From the NCBI RefSeq assembly GCF_002113885.1, contig NW_018406437.1, positions 3,106 to 67,105 on the forward strand: a DNA stretch of 64,000 bases. The letters are read 5' to 3'. Below the pieces are notes generated by a model. It had not been told where the DNA came from, did not search any database, and saw nothing but the letters and a program-made list of their open reading frames with translations. Of this stretch, positions 40,501 through 52,615 are shown one piece after another. Source of the stretch: Mizuhopecten yessoensis (lineage: Eukaryota). Positions within the stretch are counted from its first letter, which is position 1. Every line of letters begins with the position of its first letter. The translations under genes and the position numbers were made by a program.

Positions 40501-42947
40501 AAGCTTACTTTTAGCTATTCGGTTTATCTTCCACCCCAAACTCATACTTATGAATCATTTGTACTTTTTGTTACAGCAATCCTCTCCACAAACTGTACAC
40601 GTTATCTTACATGTGGTACAGCGCTACGGCCGTGCTTGCCACCTGTGTAGTGGGACTAATCGTCAGTGGAATTACAGGTAAATTATATATATAATGGGGT
40701 CATTATCAATGTAATCACAGGTAAATTGCAAATGTGTTATTGGTCTGCTTCTTAGCGGAAACGTGTGTGAGTAAAATATATTTTGAAATAAGTAGCATAG
40801 TTACATTTGTCGTAACGATATTGATAATTAGTCGTTATAGAAATAACATCATCCTAACATGACTAAAACTAGCTACATGTTTCTCTCAAAAGTACCCCAT
40901 CCCGACATGACTAAAACTAGGCGTGTAACTCCATCAAACTGTCCCGTCCGGTATATGGTATGCTATGGTTATAAACTCTTTGATAGTCAATAACAAATTA
41001 AAGCATAAGAAGACATTCATTTATTATAGGATTATATAAATCCAATGTTTGTAGGATTCAATGATCCCGTGGAAGCTGACGCCCGTCTGATCTGTCCATT
41101 GTTTGATATTCTGTTCCCGTATCTACCCGAGGTGATCCGCAAACCTATGCGCTTCGGCGTGGACTACAGCACTCTTGAGGTAGCACTTTTACTTGTTTGG
41201 TAAATTTTAACGTCTCTCACTTTACCTCCTTCAAATGACAAATACAGACATATGTTGGCCGTCAAATGGTTAAATGTACTACATACTACATACGTGAAGT
41301 AGATGTTGATATATTATGGATGCAAATTGGTCAGATGGTGTGGTTAGGTGGACGAGATAAAATGCTGGACAAAACTTCACTTAAGAAAACATCATCGATT
41401 GTGCGTGTATTTTGATTGAGAATAACAAACGAAAGCCAATAACGCCCGACTTAGTGAATATTTCCAACAGTTTTGCACCATCGTTATATATTCTACCATA
41501 ATATACAAACATGTGTTGATTGTACCTATTCTACCACGTGAAATGTAATGAAAAAGTGGTGTGGTTTTTTTTTGTCTTCCTCAGTGTCCATATACGTGTA
41601 CATCTATGTTATTTAAGGTGACCTAGATAATTTATCTATTTAAAACAGGATGCTCATTTGTGAGTGCAGACGTCTGTCACGTGTCTTCGTTTTACAATAA
41701 GCTGCATGTTTAATCATTACTGATGCTGTGGGCAGTTGTCCATTTTTTGCCTGTTCAAATACGATATATTTGAAAAAGGATCATATAAGTTGATAATTTG
41801 ATGGATTATCGTAAGCATACTAGAAATAAAAAGAACCAACGAAAACGTTGTGCATAGCTGATGATAGTTAACATCAACACACAACCCGCCTTAATGAAAC
41901 AGTCTCGTTTTGAGTCTGAAAACCCCACAATCTTCATATTTAGGTGTTATTTTTCGTCATTTGAAAGTATACATTTATAACAATGAATCTATCGACATCG
42001 CTAGTCAACACATAGATGGTACACTTGACACATATCTACAAATGATACTGCAAGTCACCTTTATGACAGGCTTTAGTAGAATTAGAGGCTAAACAGCGAA
42101 CGTCCAAGTATAAACTAAAAGGATTGTACCCTTCCTCCACAAAACTAAGTCAGTCCTTGTCTCGCTTGCTTTCATTTGCAATATGGGGAGGTATTTGGAA
42201 GGATGTTGCACGTACCTAATTGTTCAAAATTAATACACGCATGAGCATGCACTAGCGTGCAGGATTTCATGGTTTTTAATAAGAGAAATGCGTCGTCATA
42301 TCACAGACGTAGTACAGTAAAGAAATATCAACACATGTGTGTAAATTATGGGAGATAATATAACTGAAGTATGAATTCTGAAGTATATATTAATTGTCAT
42401 GCATTACTTTCAATCATAGTGAAGTATGTGTTACCTTGTTATTTGTATCATTACATACTACCGAATTATTTATTACTTTGCATCATTAAAAAATATGTAT
42501 TCCTTTTTTTCACCCTGATTTATACATCTCTTTGTATCCTTCCCGAGATGTTTTTATTATTATTATTATTTTGTATCGTTCCTTAATATTTATAACCTTG
42601 TAATTTACCGAAATATGTATTGCTTGTATTCATTATCTTGTATCTTACTGAAGCTTGACCAACATGTAATGATTTTGTATGAGTGTTGCCGTTAGCTTTG
42701 CATAATTTCAGGGGTTTATTTTCAGACATCATCGGGATCCAGTAATGAATCTGAAGTCAAAATGACTGTATCGTCAGATGTCAAAAAGAAGTATCAGAGG
42801 AGATTTGATAAAATCAACGGGATAGAAAAGGGCAGGTCTGCAAGTCAGGACAGTGGCATAGAACAGGAGGGAAGTGAAGAAGTTGATAACGATCCACGCT
42901 TGTACAACCAGAACACAGATTCGACGACATATACCACCAAACTTTGA
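28579..42947 (+). CDS. SLC5A8-like: SLC5 sodium-coupled monocarboxylate/multivitamin-type transporter, copy 2 (complete, 15 exons, 661 aa)
   Basis: Exons 28579-28947, 30730-30795, 31836-31887, 32300-32367, 33821-33975, 34118-34258, 34693-34822, 35227-35315, 36201-36316, 36960-37027, 39484-39570, 39670-39866, 40577-40677, 41055-41179, 42726-42947; total 1986 nt. The N-terminus has [41 protein letters not shown] and the C-terminus is TTKL. Confidence 0.95.
31505..31660. repeat. 46-bp tandem repeat (~3.3 copies) with internal hairpin
   Basis: Unit starts at 31507, 31553, 31599, 31645. Contains CTCATTAA-n6-TTAATGAG. Confidence 0.9.
35311..35690 (+). repeat. 29-bp minisatellite containing the exon-8 splice donor (13 copies)
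   Basis: cag|gtaaac-type motif every 29 bp from 35315 to 35663. Confidence 0.95.
37077..38209 (-). mobile_element. 5'-truncated non-LTR retrotransposon (RTE-X/CR1-like ORF2 3' end)
   Basis: Broken ORFs include [36 protein letters not shown] and [27 protein letters not shown]. An aataaa-containing tail lies near 37080. Absent from copy-1 intron 10. Confidence 0.85.
38221..39002. mobile_element. TTAA-targeting non-autonomous DNA transposon (Kolobok-like), 782 bp
   Basis: Filled site cactgttTTAA[ggtac...tgttc]TTAAgaa versus empty site cactgttTTAAgaac at ~8770. Termini are RR...YY with imperfect subterminal IR aaatggctacca / tggcagccatat. Confidence 0.7.
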
Positions 42948-43864
42948 CCCACATGTATACACTTGTAGCAGTTTTTTATATATTTATTTCTGCAAGGGAT
43001 TGTATCCCATTCATCTTCGAAATAACATTCCGCAATTTCCCTTGGGATTGCCAGATAATTTTAAAAAAAAATCCTTTTACAACTCTATATCATGTCTAGA
43101 AAGGCAATCGTCGTCCTTCCAGCCACCATTTGTCATTGTAAGCACTTGATTTGTGGCAAATCTTGTCATGCGCATTTTGACTACAAGGATGAGTGGTAGG
43201 CGGTACTTTGAAGGTATTTGTTCGGACCAAACAAAATGCATGGTATAATGTGTTTGTGATATAACAACTTTTCCTATGACCGAAAGAAAAATTCTATCAC
43301 GAAAGTGCAAATAATGCGACATTAAAGACAAAAGCGTAATGATTTTTTTTCCGTTATCAAAGAGCTTCGGAATGTTCAGAATTGTCAATACATGTCCTAT
43401 AACAATGAAAGTAAAGTCAAATTTAATGTTAATCATATGGCTCATTTAAGGGTAACAGTTATATTTTGAAACCATTTCTCCGACATTGCAATGGTATTTG
43501 GCACAATCTGCGGAATTTAAAAAACAAACGTATTTTCCTTATATACATACAACATGTACAGGGAATATAAATTTGACATGAAGAAATATAATTATAGAAG
43601 CACAGAAGATAAACATTTAAGATGGGAGGATCAAGATTAACCAAGAAGTGAATATACGCGAGCTTGACACAAGGTGCTAGGTATGTGTTAATAAAGTTGA
43701 AGGATGTAAAACCCGAGAATCTTTAAAAGCAGACTCGTCCCATATCACAAAAAAAGCACATGTACAGCTGATACACTATATCAGAGGGTCAGGAAGCTTG
43801 TCTATTATTCAATTAATTAATCAATTTCTTTTATTCCTCAAATGAGATATTTTAAATACAAAAC

Positions 43865-44706
43865 AAACAAGAGGTCCATGGGCTTTAATGGTCACCTGAG
43901 TCCTACAGTATTAATTTTTGTTGTTGAAATATGAAGTGGAGATAATGATCATCCCTACCCAAAGTATTACTTTAAGTTAAGTTTGTCAGGACAATGAATT
44001 GATCATTCCTAGACAGAGCTTCAGTTAATTCGGCCTATTAGAACTTGATTTTAAGTTTTTAATAGATTTTTTTCCAAAATGGCAGCCATGGCGGCAGAAG
44101 TAGATTTTTTAAGGACCTGAAAAAAAACCCTTTTGCCAGGACCATGAGTTGATCATTCCTACCAAGTTTCAGTTAAATCGGTTCAGTAGAACTTGACTTT
44201 AAGTTGGAAATAGTTTTTCAAAATGGCCTGCCCAAGAAGCCATATTGGATTTCTGATAGACCCGAAAAATAACAACACTTTGTCAGGTTTCAGTTAAATA
44301 GGCCCAGTTGAACTTGACTAAGTTTGCAATAGTTTTTCAAACTGGCTGCCGTGGTGGCCATATTGGATTTCTGATCGACCCGAAAAATAACAACACTTTG
44401 TCATGACCACGAGTTGATCATTCCTACCAAGTTTCAGTTAAATCAGCCCAGTAGAACTTGACTTTAAGTTGGAAATAGCTTTTCAAAATTGCGGCCTTGG
44501 TGGCCATATTGGATTTCTGATCGACCCGAAAAATAACAACACTTGGTCAGGGAGTTGTCAGTAACATTCCCATGAAGTATCAATGAAATCCCTTTGACAG
44601 TTTTTCAGCTAAGTTGAAAATGTAAAATGTTAATGGACGACGCACGACGCACGACGAAGATGTCTAGCAATAGGTCACTTGAGCTAAAGCTCGGGTGATC
44701 TAAAAA
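43865..44706 (+). mobile_element. Non-autonomous Helentron/Helitron-type element (HINE-like) with internal tandem repeats
   Basis: aacaagagg..ggtcacctgag start, ~130-150-bp internal repeats (ttgatcattcctaccaagtttcagttaaatc), a gacg microsatellite, and a terminal hairpin ggtcacttgagc..gctcgggtgatc followed by an A-run. Confidence 0.75.
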
Positions 44707-45149
44707 GCAATGAATGAAAAATGTTCTTTTTTCCGTGGAACCATTCAGGCATCAATCCTGTTTGTGTTCGTGGATTTATCCACTCGCAGAATTGTGATTA
44801 TCCTCAGGATGAAGAAGGAAAATGAGTATTGTATTTGACCGCGTCAGAGAATTTGTCTAACAGACAGCAGTACCTGATCAACACCAGCATGCTTTAAAAG
44901 TTTAATCAACAACACAATTTATTGTCTTTTTCTCAAGTGTCAGCAGATGTCCAAACTATTGACGACGTCCAAGCTGTAAAATGTTGATTGGTATATTGTA
45001 CATGGACCTGCACATGGAGAAACAGGTAGATGGCATGACAAATTCTGTCACTACCAGGTTAGGAACTGTATACGTTGCATGTATCCGGCAGTATATTACC
45101 ATAGATGCATGCAAAACTTTCGTTTTTTCATTTCGGTCAACCACACAAC

Positions 45150-45860
45150 GGCTAGGATTAGGTGAAGATATTAATTGCAATGATCGGTCCTTGAGTGAAA
45201 ACAAATAATCTGATAAACTCAAGATTCTGATTTCTATGATAATCTGTGTAAATATTACATTGTTTGTCGACATGATATACAGTAATGTATATGTACGCGA
45301 TTGTGATATATATAATTTTCCGCGTGAACATGAAAAGAGAGAAGGAATTGTTATATATCTTAAAAAGTCATTGATTGGAATTTGTTCAATTGTAGAAAGC
45401 ATTTTAGACTGCATGGTTGTTTTGAAAATAAAATATGCTAATGCTAATTATTTCCCTTATGAAAAGTATTTATTTGTGACAGGATTGATACAGATATTTC
45501 AATTGTCTTGTTGCAGAATATGAGAAGTATGGTTATAATGATATTACATGGGATTTAACAGTAGAACCGTGAGTTAGAAGACTACGTATTTTCTGATAGG
45601 ATAGACATACAGCATACTAATGTTCTATCAAATAGTTGTAAGTGGTACAGCACTGGTAAGGGTATCAATCAGTTTGGTAGACAGATGATAGAGCTTGGTA
45701 AGGCCACTTTCTCAAGAGTTGTGAATGGTAGATATATTGGGGACCCAAAAGTTTATATAACGTTCTGTAGCAATAATTGAGCTAGTATGTGTGGTTATAT
45801 TCTTGCTTTTTATCTGTTTCCACATGATCAAATCGTTTAGAACTAGAACACTGACAGGTC
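45150..45860 (+). mobile_element. Degenerate LINE AP-endonuclease fragment
   Basis: YNFPR..GIVIYLK, a degenerate GDFNSRT region and NQFGRQMIELGKAT..VVNGR, with many lesions. Confidence 0.55.
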
Positions 45861-45984
45861 AGAAAGGGCCACGTCTTGTGGCAGTATATCCCCTATAATC
45901 ATCAAGAATCAATCTGCCCATATAGCTGAACTTGACTTTTGACATTTTGACTTCAAAAAGAATCGCAAGGAAGCAAAATATATC

Positions 45985-47920
45985 CTAAATATTATTACAA
46001 GCATTAAATAACCCTCTACGGTCTTCCTCTAGTAAATGCAATGCTCTCTCTGCATGATCCCCATTCCATTTAACATTTGTATATGTATTATCTTTATCAT
46101 TATAATCAGGTACAACTACGTTTTGTTCAAATGAATCCACAGTAATACAAATTTGAGAATGGTCTGAAAAAACATTAAATATTCTACTCTCAAAGTGAGT
46201 AATATTCTTTAAGAAATCATCAACAGTCAATACATATTCTATTAGACTAGATCCCCTACTATTCAAATAGCTATACTACCATTAGGATCATCTTTATGTC
46301 GTCCATTCACAATTCTCAAGGAAGTAGCTTTACACAGTGAAAGAAGATGTCTTCCAAATTGGTTAATATGCAATATCATTACTTACATAATCGTCGTAAA
46401 TACCCGTTCTACTATTGAAATCTCCTAGTACAATCACTTTACCTCATCCTTTATATTCACACACCATTTCCTCAAGTCTGGCAAAAATATCATTTTCACA
46501 TTTGTGATAAAAAAAACACTATTTACAGGCGGGAAATAGCAAGCAAATGCATATATATCACTGACATTATTTCTAATGTTATTGGATATTTCTAACAATA
46601 CAATGTTGTCATTAATGTTATCTATTACCGTACAATAATCGCAGATAGTTGATTTAATAAAAATTACAATTCCACCGCCTTTACCATGCATTCTAGGAAA
46701 CACACAGCTGTCATAACCTTCCAATTCCACTTCATCCTCTTTCTCAACCCACGTTTCATACAAACATACAACATCATATTTGGTAATAATATTTACAAAC
46801 TCTTCTGTATCTAATTTGTCCGTGATCGATCTACATATATTCAATGAAATAATGGAAAGCCCCTCCACACAACCCTAATACGACAAGTCGTGATTCCCTC
46901 TAGGTGGCTCGTGATCGAAGTGCTCACTGTGGTCCTTTCGCGAAGATGAACCCCTCCACCTCTGGCCAGTAGCCGTATGTTGTCCTCGCGAGGGTCGCGG
47001 TTTGAATTCGGCTATGCGTTCTTGTCGCGCTGGCGTGTAGTGCCAGTCTGGTGCTATTGGCGACCCAATACCATGGAAGCTGGCTATGGGCTGCTGCGGC
47101 GAGCTGGTGCGCGCGCGGGACTCGGGCGGCTGATGTCGTTCACGCCCATCATACATTGCGAAACCTCCGATAATTGCGCCTCCCATATACTATACCAGTT
47201 TCAATGACTCAACCTTATCCTGAAGGGTACCACATTGACTTGAAATATCATTATTTCCTTCATAAGACTTTTAATCTAAGTGGATTGGTAATTTATCTTG
47301 GCAGCTGGGGCACTAATGGTGTGTTTGAGCTGTTCTATAATTTCGTCGAGAGAACTTGATTCTGTCACAGTGTTCTTAAACATGTTTTTGAAATGGGGAA
47401 GCATGGCATCAACCCAAACAGGAGCCATTGATGAGGCAAAGGTAGGATTGGACACTGTACCATGGATCGGTGAATTTAAGTCAACTGCCTTATCTTTTCC
47501 GACCTCGAATTTAAAAGATGGCGTCGACGGGTCCAGGGTGAAGCTTTCCATTGAATTCCTTTTTCTATGGCTTGGATGTGTATCCTGGACTTGGGGTGGT
47601 GTTTCCGGCGCCTTACGCTTGGTGGTAGTATGAACCATCGGAAGAGCGGTATTACCTCACTGGCTCATGTTGCTTTCCGTTGGTGGGATGTGTACAAGTC
47701 TGTACACTGAAGATGCACGTGAACAACAGGTAACACAAAGGCCGTAACATTCCCGACAAAAACATCTCGATTGCCAGATTAACAATGGGAAAATTCACAT
47801 ATTCAAATTATGTAAAAGCGTGTGTAGAGTGTCTTAAAATTAAAATTAACACGTATAAATACCAAGCTTGTCAAGCTTTTCGCCGGAGAATTCACAGTAC
47901 GTGTGCTGTAGTCGCCACCT
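45985..47920 (-). mobile_element. LINE 5' half (5'UTR, partial ORF1, AP endonuclease), 3'-truncated
   Basis: LSIISLNI..YDVVCLYETW..GGGIVIFIK..ACYFPP (46434-46868), then LGDFNSRTG, NQFGRHLLSLCKATSLRIVNGR and GSSLIEYVL. ORF1-like MVHTTTKRKAPETPP (47276-47638) lies upstream. Confidence 0.85.
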
Positions 47921-48418
47921 GAAAACTGATATTTGTATTTTATTCTTTCTATTCAGCATTTAAATACAAGAAAGTTGTTGAGAAATGCCAACGTTAAAAA
48001 AAAAATCCATGCTAACAATCTTAAAGTTTAAAAATACAACTTATATGATAAGTGTTATTGTAGTTGCACTGTTTATATGCACTGTAGTCTGAAGACTTAT
48101 TGAACCTGAACCTAAAGAACCTTAAGTTGAACTTGAAAACTTGTTAGCACATCCTGTAGTGTAATACACTAATTATAACTAGCCCTCTAGATCTATTGTA
48201 CTGTAGTTTCTTTAGCACAGACGTCTTAACTCTTGTGAATACCACACCACCTTACATACAAACGAAAATCAACGAACAGAATGTGTATTGTGTAATGTAG
48301 CTATGTCTGCATAAAAAATGTTTCTGTAATTATAAGTCAGGTTTACTGTGAAGCGCCTAGGAATAACTTTGTAAAGTATATACGACGCTTACAAATCTTG
48401 TATATATGGAAAGATTAG

Positions 48419-49200
48419 CAGTGGCGGACCCATGGGTGTTGCCCTAGTTGCCCGGGCAACACCATTTTTTTCTATGTCCAAAAATAATCTGGACGTAGGT
48501 TTTTGAAGATTTTCCTCTGTTTCATATGGGATTTCCTTCTAATATCAACCATCCCCTGAACTATGATGTTCTATGGCTTCCCCTTGCCAGCGGTTTGAAT
48601 AGCTATATATTCCTAAGGGTGTTGCCCAAACAAAGAGTCCAGTACTTATACTCTAAACAGAGTAAAACCTGATAAACCTGTATTTTCACCTGAGGTTTCA
48701 TGTACACACGATCACCAGGAGTGATTTGTTTTACCAATTCAAAATATAAATTTCGAAAATAAAACCAATAACCAATATTGGCATCCAAGACTGGCGTGTA
48801 CATCCTTTTCATTGAAGGTGGCCCTGTACATACGTATGCATACTATTTCACAATACAAGACAAACAATTAAATCATAACTCATATTCATGACAAAATAAA
48901 TCAGATTGTTTTAACCAAAAACCTACATTTTTACCATTTTTAAGAGAATTTGTTAACACTCGCTCCGCTCGGCCATCATAAAATATAAATACTTTACGTT
49001 ATAAAATATAACCTGGAATAATCCCGCAAACTCAGAAAACTATTCTACGCCTCATTCGATCTGTTTGACAATGGAAATAATGTCCGATAAATTCTTGCTT
49101 TCTACGCTCGGCAGTGCTCGAAATAGTTTACTATTACATCTTCAGAAGAAAAAAAATCGCCTCGCTCCACTCGGCAGGGAAAATATAATTGTCACAATCT
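48419..49200 (+). mobile_element. Possible hAT-like MITE fragment
   Basis: Starts CAGTGGCGGACCCA and has internal cgctccgctcgg-type motifs. The right end was not identified. Confidence 0.3.
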
Positions 49201-49476
49201 CAGAAATAATGAAGTTCTATGTTATATATTTTTGGTGCCAGAAAGGAGTATCACGTGCAACCTACACGAAAATTTAAATGTATTAGTAAACAAATGTACA
49301 TAGCATGGAACAAAGACACTTTTAATACAAATGTTGTAACTCACTTGATCAAGTATAATAATGGCGATAATTCATTTATTTCCATACTCTTTTTAAAATC
49401 AACGAATGCCCGGATGAAATTATTGTAAGGATAAAATTCACTCAACACCGGTTAGTGTTTTTACGATGATAAACTG

Positions 49477-51603
49477 ATGTATAGACCTTTGAGAGTCCTG
49501 ACGACGTGTGTATCTCGTTCAAAAGTACGAAGTCAGGGTGAAAGGAACTGCCATGGATTTAATGGTGAGATATGCCGTCACCTTTATGTTCACCTAGTCT
49601 AAAATAACGGTAAACTTTACAACGTTACTGGACACGAAGCAGTGTCACTGTACTGACCACTGATCATGAGAGGCACTCGGAATGTACTGAGGCAGTCATG
49701 AGGGGTAGATAGAATATAGTCTGCACACGTACGGTGTTACTCGGCATATACTGATACGGGTCTTTATTAAAACTCTTTTGTTTACAATGTATGTATTGCA
49801 TATTTGTTAAATTGCCTACAGACTTGGCATGTCATTGGTTGACTTGCTCCAGCGGTAAATTTACATGTGTACACATCGTACTATGTGCCTCGTTTTCAAA
49901 ATGAAAGTAGACAAAGACGATCGCGAGACACTGAACGAACAGTGCTTCAGGAGGGGTGTAGTTTGAGCAAAACTTGTTTGTATATGTAGTGTTTAATAAA
50001 TAATAAGATATTTAAATACATATACGGATACACTTCTACTAATAAAGCATTGAGCTCTATGAGATATATAATATATGTAGTACAGATGGAGGACGAGGAA
50101 TAGTGATAAAGATAATGCCGTCGCTGGGGCTCGAACCCGTGACCCTTGACTCTTCAGCCCGATACTCTACTGCTAAGCTAAAGGGAAAATGATCCACATC
50201 TTTTACACTATTCCCGCCTTTTTTTCAAACACCAACCCAGGTTCTCTGACTCCCAGCCAAGGGTTCTCCTACCTTGAACGGGGAGGGTCAACGGCACCAA
50301 TTTGTAGTAGTACGAGGAATAGTGATAAAGATAGTGCCGTCGCTAGTCCAGCCCGATGCTCTACCACTAAACTAAAGGGAAATTCCCTACAGCTGACGCT
50401 TGTATTGCAACCTAATTGATCCACATCTTTTACATATAATGAGACCTTTTACTCTAGGTCGACAGGGACATGTATCGCTTTATTGGATAAACAATTCAAT
50501 AAAGTTTAGTTGAATTGAATTTATTTGTTAAGGCGGTGTGGGGGTGGGGGTGGGGTACCGTATACTGTATACTAAAAACAGACTCCCTCACCCATCCATT
50601 TTTTCCTCTACAAATATATATAAAGCAAACCACTTCCCTGTGTACAGGTTGATTTCACTGATAGAGCTTCCTACATCGCCGTCATTGTGCCTATTTCTTT
50701 GTACAGTTGTATTAATATACGTTATTGGTTAATAGTTTTTCACCAGACTTGATTTATATTACAATTCAATTCTCAATTTATTTGCTTCCAAAATATATTT
50801 ACCAAGTTGACACAGTTCCTTAGTGTTGTTTACACACAATAATCGCATAAATTTAAACATCGATGTTTTTCTCCAGTAATATATCTTTATATATTGACTT
50901 TTTGACAATTTTGACAACTATTACATATTAGCACAGAATGGTATTCATCTGCAACCTTATTTACATTACAGACCAGACTCTGAGTGAGAAGTCGTACTGG
51001 ACCACCAGGTACGAGACACCGCGGGTTAGAGCTGTAGACTGGCTGGCTCCGGCTGACGTCATCGCCGATCATGTCGTCAGTAAAATAGAAACCTTGTCCA
51101 CCGGAAGGAGCGGGTCATTGGTACGCCTTCTGGACGTGGGCTGTGGTACCTCCCATGTACCGCTACATCTCCTACAGTCACTACCATATCCCCTCCAGCT
51201 TGTCTGCCTCGACTACGTTCCTGGTGCCGCTCGGTGGCAATCAGATGTGCTCGCCAAAAGCTCGCTGTATAACAAACTGTCGACATACACGTGTATCACT
51301 GGCGATGTACGTGCATTACCTTTTAGAAATGATACTTTCCATGTGATTCTGGACAAAGGGACTCTGGACTCGCTGCTGAAGGACAGGCGGAGGGCGCTAC
51401 AGTCCTGCGATATGATGATTATCGAGTGTCTGCGGATCCTCCGTACAGGGGGAGTGTTATTACAAATCACGGACGAAGACCCGGATTTAAGGATACGGCT
51501 TCTAGAGGAAGTATTCTCCAGGATCCAGGTCAGCGCCCATGTTTCCTACAGTCAGGTCGAGACGCACGGATACGAGTGTTTTATGTACGCGTTGTCATTG
51601 TGA
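49477..51603 (+). CDS. CSKMT: Mitochondrial citrate synthase-lysine N-methyltransferase (METTL12-like), 2 exons, 239 aa
   Basis: Exon 1 49477-49564 (MYRPLRVLTTCVSRSKVRSQGERNCHGFN, donor G|gtgaga) joins in phase 1 to exon 2 50972-51603. Motifs: SYWTTRY..DW, LLDVGCGTS, ILDKGTLDSLL and LQITDEDPDLRI. PolyA signal AATAAA at ~51714. Confidence 0.85.
50117..50435 (-). mobile_element. tRNA-derived repeat (two tandem heads) in CSKMT intron 1
   Basis: Minus strand reads tagcttagcagtagag (A-box) ... ggttcgagccc (B-box) at 50117-50180. A second head lacking the B-box lies at ~50336-50375. Confidence 0.55.
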
Positions 51604-51972
51604 CGTCATGGTGACCGTGTCCTGACATAAGTTACAGGTCAGGCCATATGTTGACATAATTACGACGTTGGCTAACTTTTTCATGCAAACAGTATGAAAT
51701 ACATGTACAGTAAAATAAAGAGAGTCTGATTTCGTACACGTACGTGTTTATTTCTGTTTAATACATGTGGGAGATCTTGTATATCGTGGATTTCTTCTTA
51801 AATGTAAATTAAGTTTGAAAAAAAAACAACGATTTGACTGAGATTCTAGCCCTCAACCTTTCAACTTTTTATTGTTGCTCTAACCAAATGATCACCGGTG
51901 ATCGAATCAGTCCAGATCCATTTCACGTGGCGCCTCTTCCGCCACTCACATCACTGTCTTCCACGCTATGTT

Positions 51973-52311
51973 ATTATTCTGACGTTTTATCGACTTTTTT
52001 TTTTATATCGGTCTGTCGTCGATTAACGTCAGAAATCCGGCCCTCTATAATATGCGAGAAATGATATAAGCGACCCGCGCCTGGTAATGATCTTTGAATC
52101 ATGTTATTGATACCACCTAGTGCATAAAGAATAGATCTTTCGATCCTTGTGCGAAATGTGTGTGGAAGTGACGATTTGTTTCTAAAATATCAGTTTGAAG
52201 TGCGACCCGGGCGCGGGTCGCATATTTCCCACATATTATAGAGGGCCGGAGGTCTGACGTTAATCGACGACAGACCGATATAAACAAAAGTCGATAAAAC
52301 GTCAGAATAAT
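51973..52311. mobile_element. Foldback MITE with ~105-bp inverted repeats
   Basis: attattctgacgttttatcgac...gcgacccgcgcc (51973-52081) is the reverse complement of ggcgcgggtcgc...gtcgataaaacgtcagaataat (52210-52311). Confidence 0.85.
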
Positions 52312-52615
52312 TCGGACTATGCTCTCCCTTGCACATCACTTGTATTGCTTCTGTGGCTTCATATAACACCAGCCTGTTGCTGCCTCTACTACCTTCAATC
52401 AGGCCTGTCAATGTCCCTAGGCTCGTGCATTGTAGCACTCAACCGCCCATCAGTCCATACTCTTTGGCCTACATTAACCATAAGTTACACGTACACATAA
52501 TGGCTGGACATTGTCCGTCAGTTCTGACATTGGTCATCACGACTCATCAGTCCATACTCCGTGACTTGACCTTGTTCATCATGCCATAACTACATTGTAG
52601 GTTATTACATATTCA

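Noticed and set aside
12726-42726. Exactly 30,000-bp offset between the last exons (30,001 for exon 2)
   Set aside because: Offsets of internal exons range from about 28.3 to 30.3 kb. The 2-kb array in copy 1 and the 1.9-kb inserts in copy 2 happen to cancel.
28579-42947. Calling the transporter a sodium/iodide symporter (SLC5A5)
   Set aside because: It lacks the NIS-type Gln in the SFMSAxQ motif, and one-to-one orthology within the SLC5A5/6/8/12 clade cannot be fixed without a tree.
50117-50180. Functional tRNA gene
   Set aside because: A and B boxes are present, but there is no paired acceptor stem. It is duplicated in degraded form and embedded in a repeat.
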